NCBI RefSeq assembly: GCF_001194135.2
Contig: NC_068994.1
Location: 4,924,617 to 4,988,616 of the forward strand
DNA from: Octopus bimaculoides
Taxonomy: Eukaryota
Direction of reading: 5' to 3'
Length of the DNA stretch: 64,000 bases
In this document: one piece after another, positions 61,165-64,000 of the stretch
Numbering within the stretch: position 1 is the stretch's first letter
Layout of the letters: every line of letters begins with the position of its first letter
The notes under the pieces: generated by a model
Databases searched by the model: none
What the model was told of the DNA's origin: nothing
What the model saw: the letters and a program-made list of their open reading frames with translations, nothing else
Made by a program: the position numbers and the translations under genes

Positions 61165-63231
61165 TCACTTTTCCATGCCGTAGATATCAGGGTTACTCTT
61201 AGAAGGTGCATGAATGCCTTGGATATTGTTCCAGGGAGTCTGTTTACTTTGCTTGACCCCACAGGAATAGCCTGAAGGAACGCTAGGCCAGCTAGAACCA
61301 AGCAAAGGAGGCATGGGGTACCCTCTAGACCACAGATAGTTGCTCTCCCAACTCTGTGGCATTTCGTGCAAATATGCTGGGGTGGATGTATGAGAGACTG
61401 GGATTGAAGGGGTCTGTAAGCGAGAAGAAGGTATTTGAGAATCTCGATGGTGTGGGAAAAACATAGGAGTCGGGTGGGGTGAGCTTGTCGGGTTCACTTT
61501 CATGGGAACCTTTTGAAGAGGCGGTGATAAAGACGGCAAAGATTCTTGTTGAGGTTGTTTATCTCTGTGAAGTTCACTGTGATAGGATGGGAATAAAGAG
61601 TGGTCTTTTTGATCAAGGGACTCTGCACTTGATTCACCTCCTCCGCTTAACATCACTGGAGGTGGTTGAGGCAAAGGGGGATTCTTTAGGAAAAGCTCGC
61701 AATTAGGACAAGAGCACTTTTGATTTAAGCCTCGTGTGCAAGTGTTAAAAGATGATGATTTATCATGGCGCTGGTTTGGAAGGCGAGAATTAGAAGTAGG
61801 TGTTTCACTGTTTATTACAGGGGGAACAGCATTGGGAGAGGCAAGAGGTGTCGTCTGCGCTCTGGACTGATAATTCTGTGGGTTCTTAGTAAACAGCTCA
61901 CAACCTGTACGTGTACGTTTGTGGTTATTTAGATTGGCTTTCTGAGAGAAAGACTTTCCACAAGTGTCACATTTAAAGGGCTTCTCACCTGTATGGGTAC
62001 GCAGATGAGTTTTTAAGTTACCTGCCTGTGAAAAAACCTTTGGGCAAACATCACAACAGTATGGCTTCTCTCCTGCATGAGTGCGAAGGTGAAGTTTTAA
62101 ATTTCCTCTTTGGCTAAAAGATTTGTCACATAGGTTACACTGAAATGGTTTTTCTCCTGTGTGAGTTCTGTGGTGGTTTTTCAGATTGATCTTCTGTGTA
62201 AATTCTTTATTACAAATTTCACATTTATATAGCTCTCCGGTGTGTATCCGCTCATGAATTTTTAAAAAGAACTGGTTACAAAATGGCTTCTTACAATATT
62301 GGCAATAAAACAGGTCTCCAGTGTGGAGTCGTTTATGGTCATTCAGATTTATTTTCTGTGAGAAAGCTTTGCCACAGACTTCACAAGAAAATGGTTTCTC
62401 TCCAGTGTGAGTTCGAAGATGAAGTTTTAAATTTCCCCTTTGAGAGAAAGCTTTTGAGCAAACATTACATTGGAATGGTTTCTCTCCTGTGTGTGTTCTT
62501 AAGTGATTTTTCAAATTTATCTGTAAAGTGAAAGATTTTGTACAGAATGTGCATTTATACAGCTCCCCGGTGTGTATACGTTCGTGTATTTTTAGAAAAA
62601 ACTGGTTACAAAATGGTTTCTTGCAGAACTGACAATAGTAGAGCTCTCCTGTGTGAAGTCTTTTATGGTCGTTTAAATTAATCTTCTGGGAAAAGGCTTT
62701 CCCACAGACATCACAGGCAAATGGTTTTTCCCCAGTGTGCGTTCTAAGGTGAAGCTTCAAATTACCACGCTGACTAAAAGATTTATTACAAACTGTACAC
62801 TGGAATGGCTTCTCTCCAGTGTGAGTTCGCAGATGATTTTTAAGGTTGATTTTCTGTGTGAAGGCTTTTCCACAGTAACTGCACTCAAAAGGTTTCAGTC
62901 CTGTGTGAGTGAGTTCATGGTTCTTTAGAAAAAACTGATTTGAGAATCCTTTTTTACAGAAACTACACTGGAAATCTTTTGGTGGCTGCAATGGGTGTTT
63001 TTGAGCATACGAATCATGGGTTTGTTGTTCACTTACGTTTCTATCAAAGGATGGAGGAGGAGGTGACATCAAAGAAGAATCACTATTTCTGCAATGATCA
63101 AGAGTATTATAAGATTTTTCGCTAGATAGTAAAGGCTTTTCAGGACATTTCAAATAATTATTGGGATACATTGGTTGTCCATAGAAATTGTGTTGGTTTC
63201 CCATTGGGAAAACAGGTTGAAAGGAATACAT
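61165..63231 (-). CDS. C2H2 zinc-finger protein ZNF-B, 688 aa: 12 intact + 1 degenerate finger, Pro/Ser-rich C-terminus
   Basis: Uninterrupted ORF; contiguous finger array at 61900-62973 with TGEKP and shortened TGEL/TGDL linkers. Confidence 0.97.
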   Translation of the reverse strand: MYSFQPVFPMGNQHNFYGQPMYPNNYLKCPEKPLLSSEKSYNTLDHCRNSDSSLMSPPPPSFDRNVSEQQTHDSYAQKHPLQPPKDFQCSFCKKGFSNQFFLKNHELTHTGLKPFECSYCGKAFTQKINLKNHLRTHTGEKPFQCTVCNKSFSQRGNLKLHLRTHTGEKPFACDVCGKAFSQKINLNDHKRLHTGELYYCQFCKKPFCNQFFLKIHERIHTGELYKCTFCTKSFTLQINLKNHLRTHTGEKPFQCNVCSKAFSQRGNLKLHLRTHTGEKPFSCEVCGKAFSQKINLNDHKRLHTGDLFYCQYCKKPFCNQFFLKIHERIHTGELYKCEICNKEFTQKINLKNHHRTHTGEKPFQCNLCDKSFSQRGNLKLHLRTHAGEKPYCCDVCPKVFSQAGNLKTHLRTHTGEKPFKCDTCGKSFSQKANLNNHKRTRTGCELFTKNPQNYQSRAQTTPLASPNAVPPVINSETPTSNSRLPNQRHDKSSSFNTCTRGLNQKCSCPNCELFLKNPPLPQPPPVMLSGGGESSAESLDQKDHSLFPSYHSELHRDKQPQQESLPSLSPPLQKVPMKVNPTSSPHPTPMFFPHHRDSQIPSSRLQTPSIPVSHTSTPAYLHEMPQSWESNYLWSRGYPMPPLLGSSWPSVPSGYSCGVKQSKQTPWNNIQGIHAPSKSNPDIYGMEK

Positions 63232-63470
63232 ATTCTCTTAAGTTGTTTTCTTTTACAATTTATAGCCACATATATATAAATATCAATTGATCTAAGTAGA
63301 AAAAAAAAAAAGCTTCTGAAATTATTTTTCGAGATTTTTTTTTAGTATTAGTTCTTCTGGGTGATAGGAATGAGTGAAACTTCAGACAGCTGATAGTGAC
63401 TATGGTTGTGAATGGAAGTGATGCCCTTATCTAGGTTAAACTGGTTACCACAGAATATCCGTTGAATCAT

Positions 63471-63495
63471 CTGGAAAAAAAAATAAAGATAAAGA
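63471..63495 (-). promoter_or_regulatory. Probable 3' splice acceptor upstream of ZNF-B (alternative at 63292-63293)
   Basis: Minus strand atctttattttttttttccag|atg; second candidate ttttttttttttctacttag|atc. The first would include an upstream ATG/uORF. Confidence 0.5.
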
Positions 63496-64000
63496 TATTA
63501 TTTGAGTGAAATGAAAAAAGAAATATTTAAAAAAAATGAAATGCTTTGGAGAATTTGATTATTCTCGAATTCCAAATTAAACCTGTATTTTCATTTATGT
63601 TTCATAGTAAGGAATTCCATCTGGCCAAATTCAATAGATTGTAGGGTTTATTCTATTTCTTTTTTTTTTTTCTCTATATCACATCTGGTGAACAACAATG
63701 GCTTTGGTTAGAAAGTTCTGACAATCCAATTCATGGATCCATGCTGATTCACTGCATTTCCAACGGCCAGAGTGACAAGAGATTGTCTTGTGAAACTTGG
63801 ACACAACAATTACTAAGCAAGTACCATTTTTTATTCTAAAGGCTTTCATTGATACACATCAGCAACACACACACACACACACATGCGTGTGTGCATAGTC
63901 AGCACCTGTAAAGCAAGTAATACTGATTGTTTTAGGTGTCTATATAGTTGAAAACAGACACAGACAATCGCACAGCTGCCACTGTTGTTGTTTTAACGTC

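Overview
AT-rich, microsatellite-saturated animal genomic DNA from a gapped draft assembly. N-runs lie at 3272-3371, 12886-13425, 16787-16890, 34022-34713, 39436-39860, 40647-40861, 52371-52380, 55843-56349 and 60925-60984, most abutting (TA)n or (TAA)n. The repeat families and gene type point to an octopus (coleoid cephalopod); this is inference, no search was run. Only two real protein-coding genes are visible, both minus-strand C2H2 zinc-finger genes with uninterrupted CDSs, in tandem about 40.7 kb apart. ZNF-A is 17687-20470 (927 aa, 16 fingers) and ZNF-B is 61165-63231 (688 aa, 12 intact plus 1 degenerate finger). Neither has a recognisable KRAB, BTB, SCAN or ZAD domain. The rest is SINE-like families (my labels A-E), LINE relics (RTE, BovB-like RTE, L1/Tx1, R4/Dong-like), a Tc1 relic, MITEs, minisatellites and simple repeats. 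Best leads: (1) the two paralogs share short non-finger motifs (Q-x-VFP-x-GN...Y-x-QP-x-Y, EKS-x-[HY]NTL, S-[TN]-YLW) and a 5'UTR U-tract, candidate lineage-specific effector elements; (2) a ~30-aa His/Ser repeat domain in ZNF-A; (3) periodic finger arrays (4-finger unit in ZNF-B, 2-finger alternation in ZNF-A) that suggest periodic A-rich targets; (4) a 52-bp-stem hairpin at 37901-38024 next to a candidate promoter; (5) an R4/Dong-like element in a trinucleotide-repeat insertion hotspot. Repeat boundaries were read by eye and are approximate.
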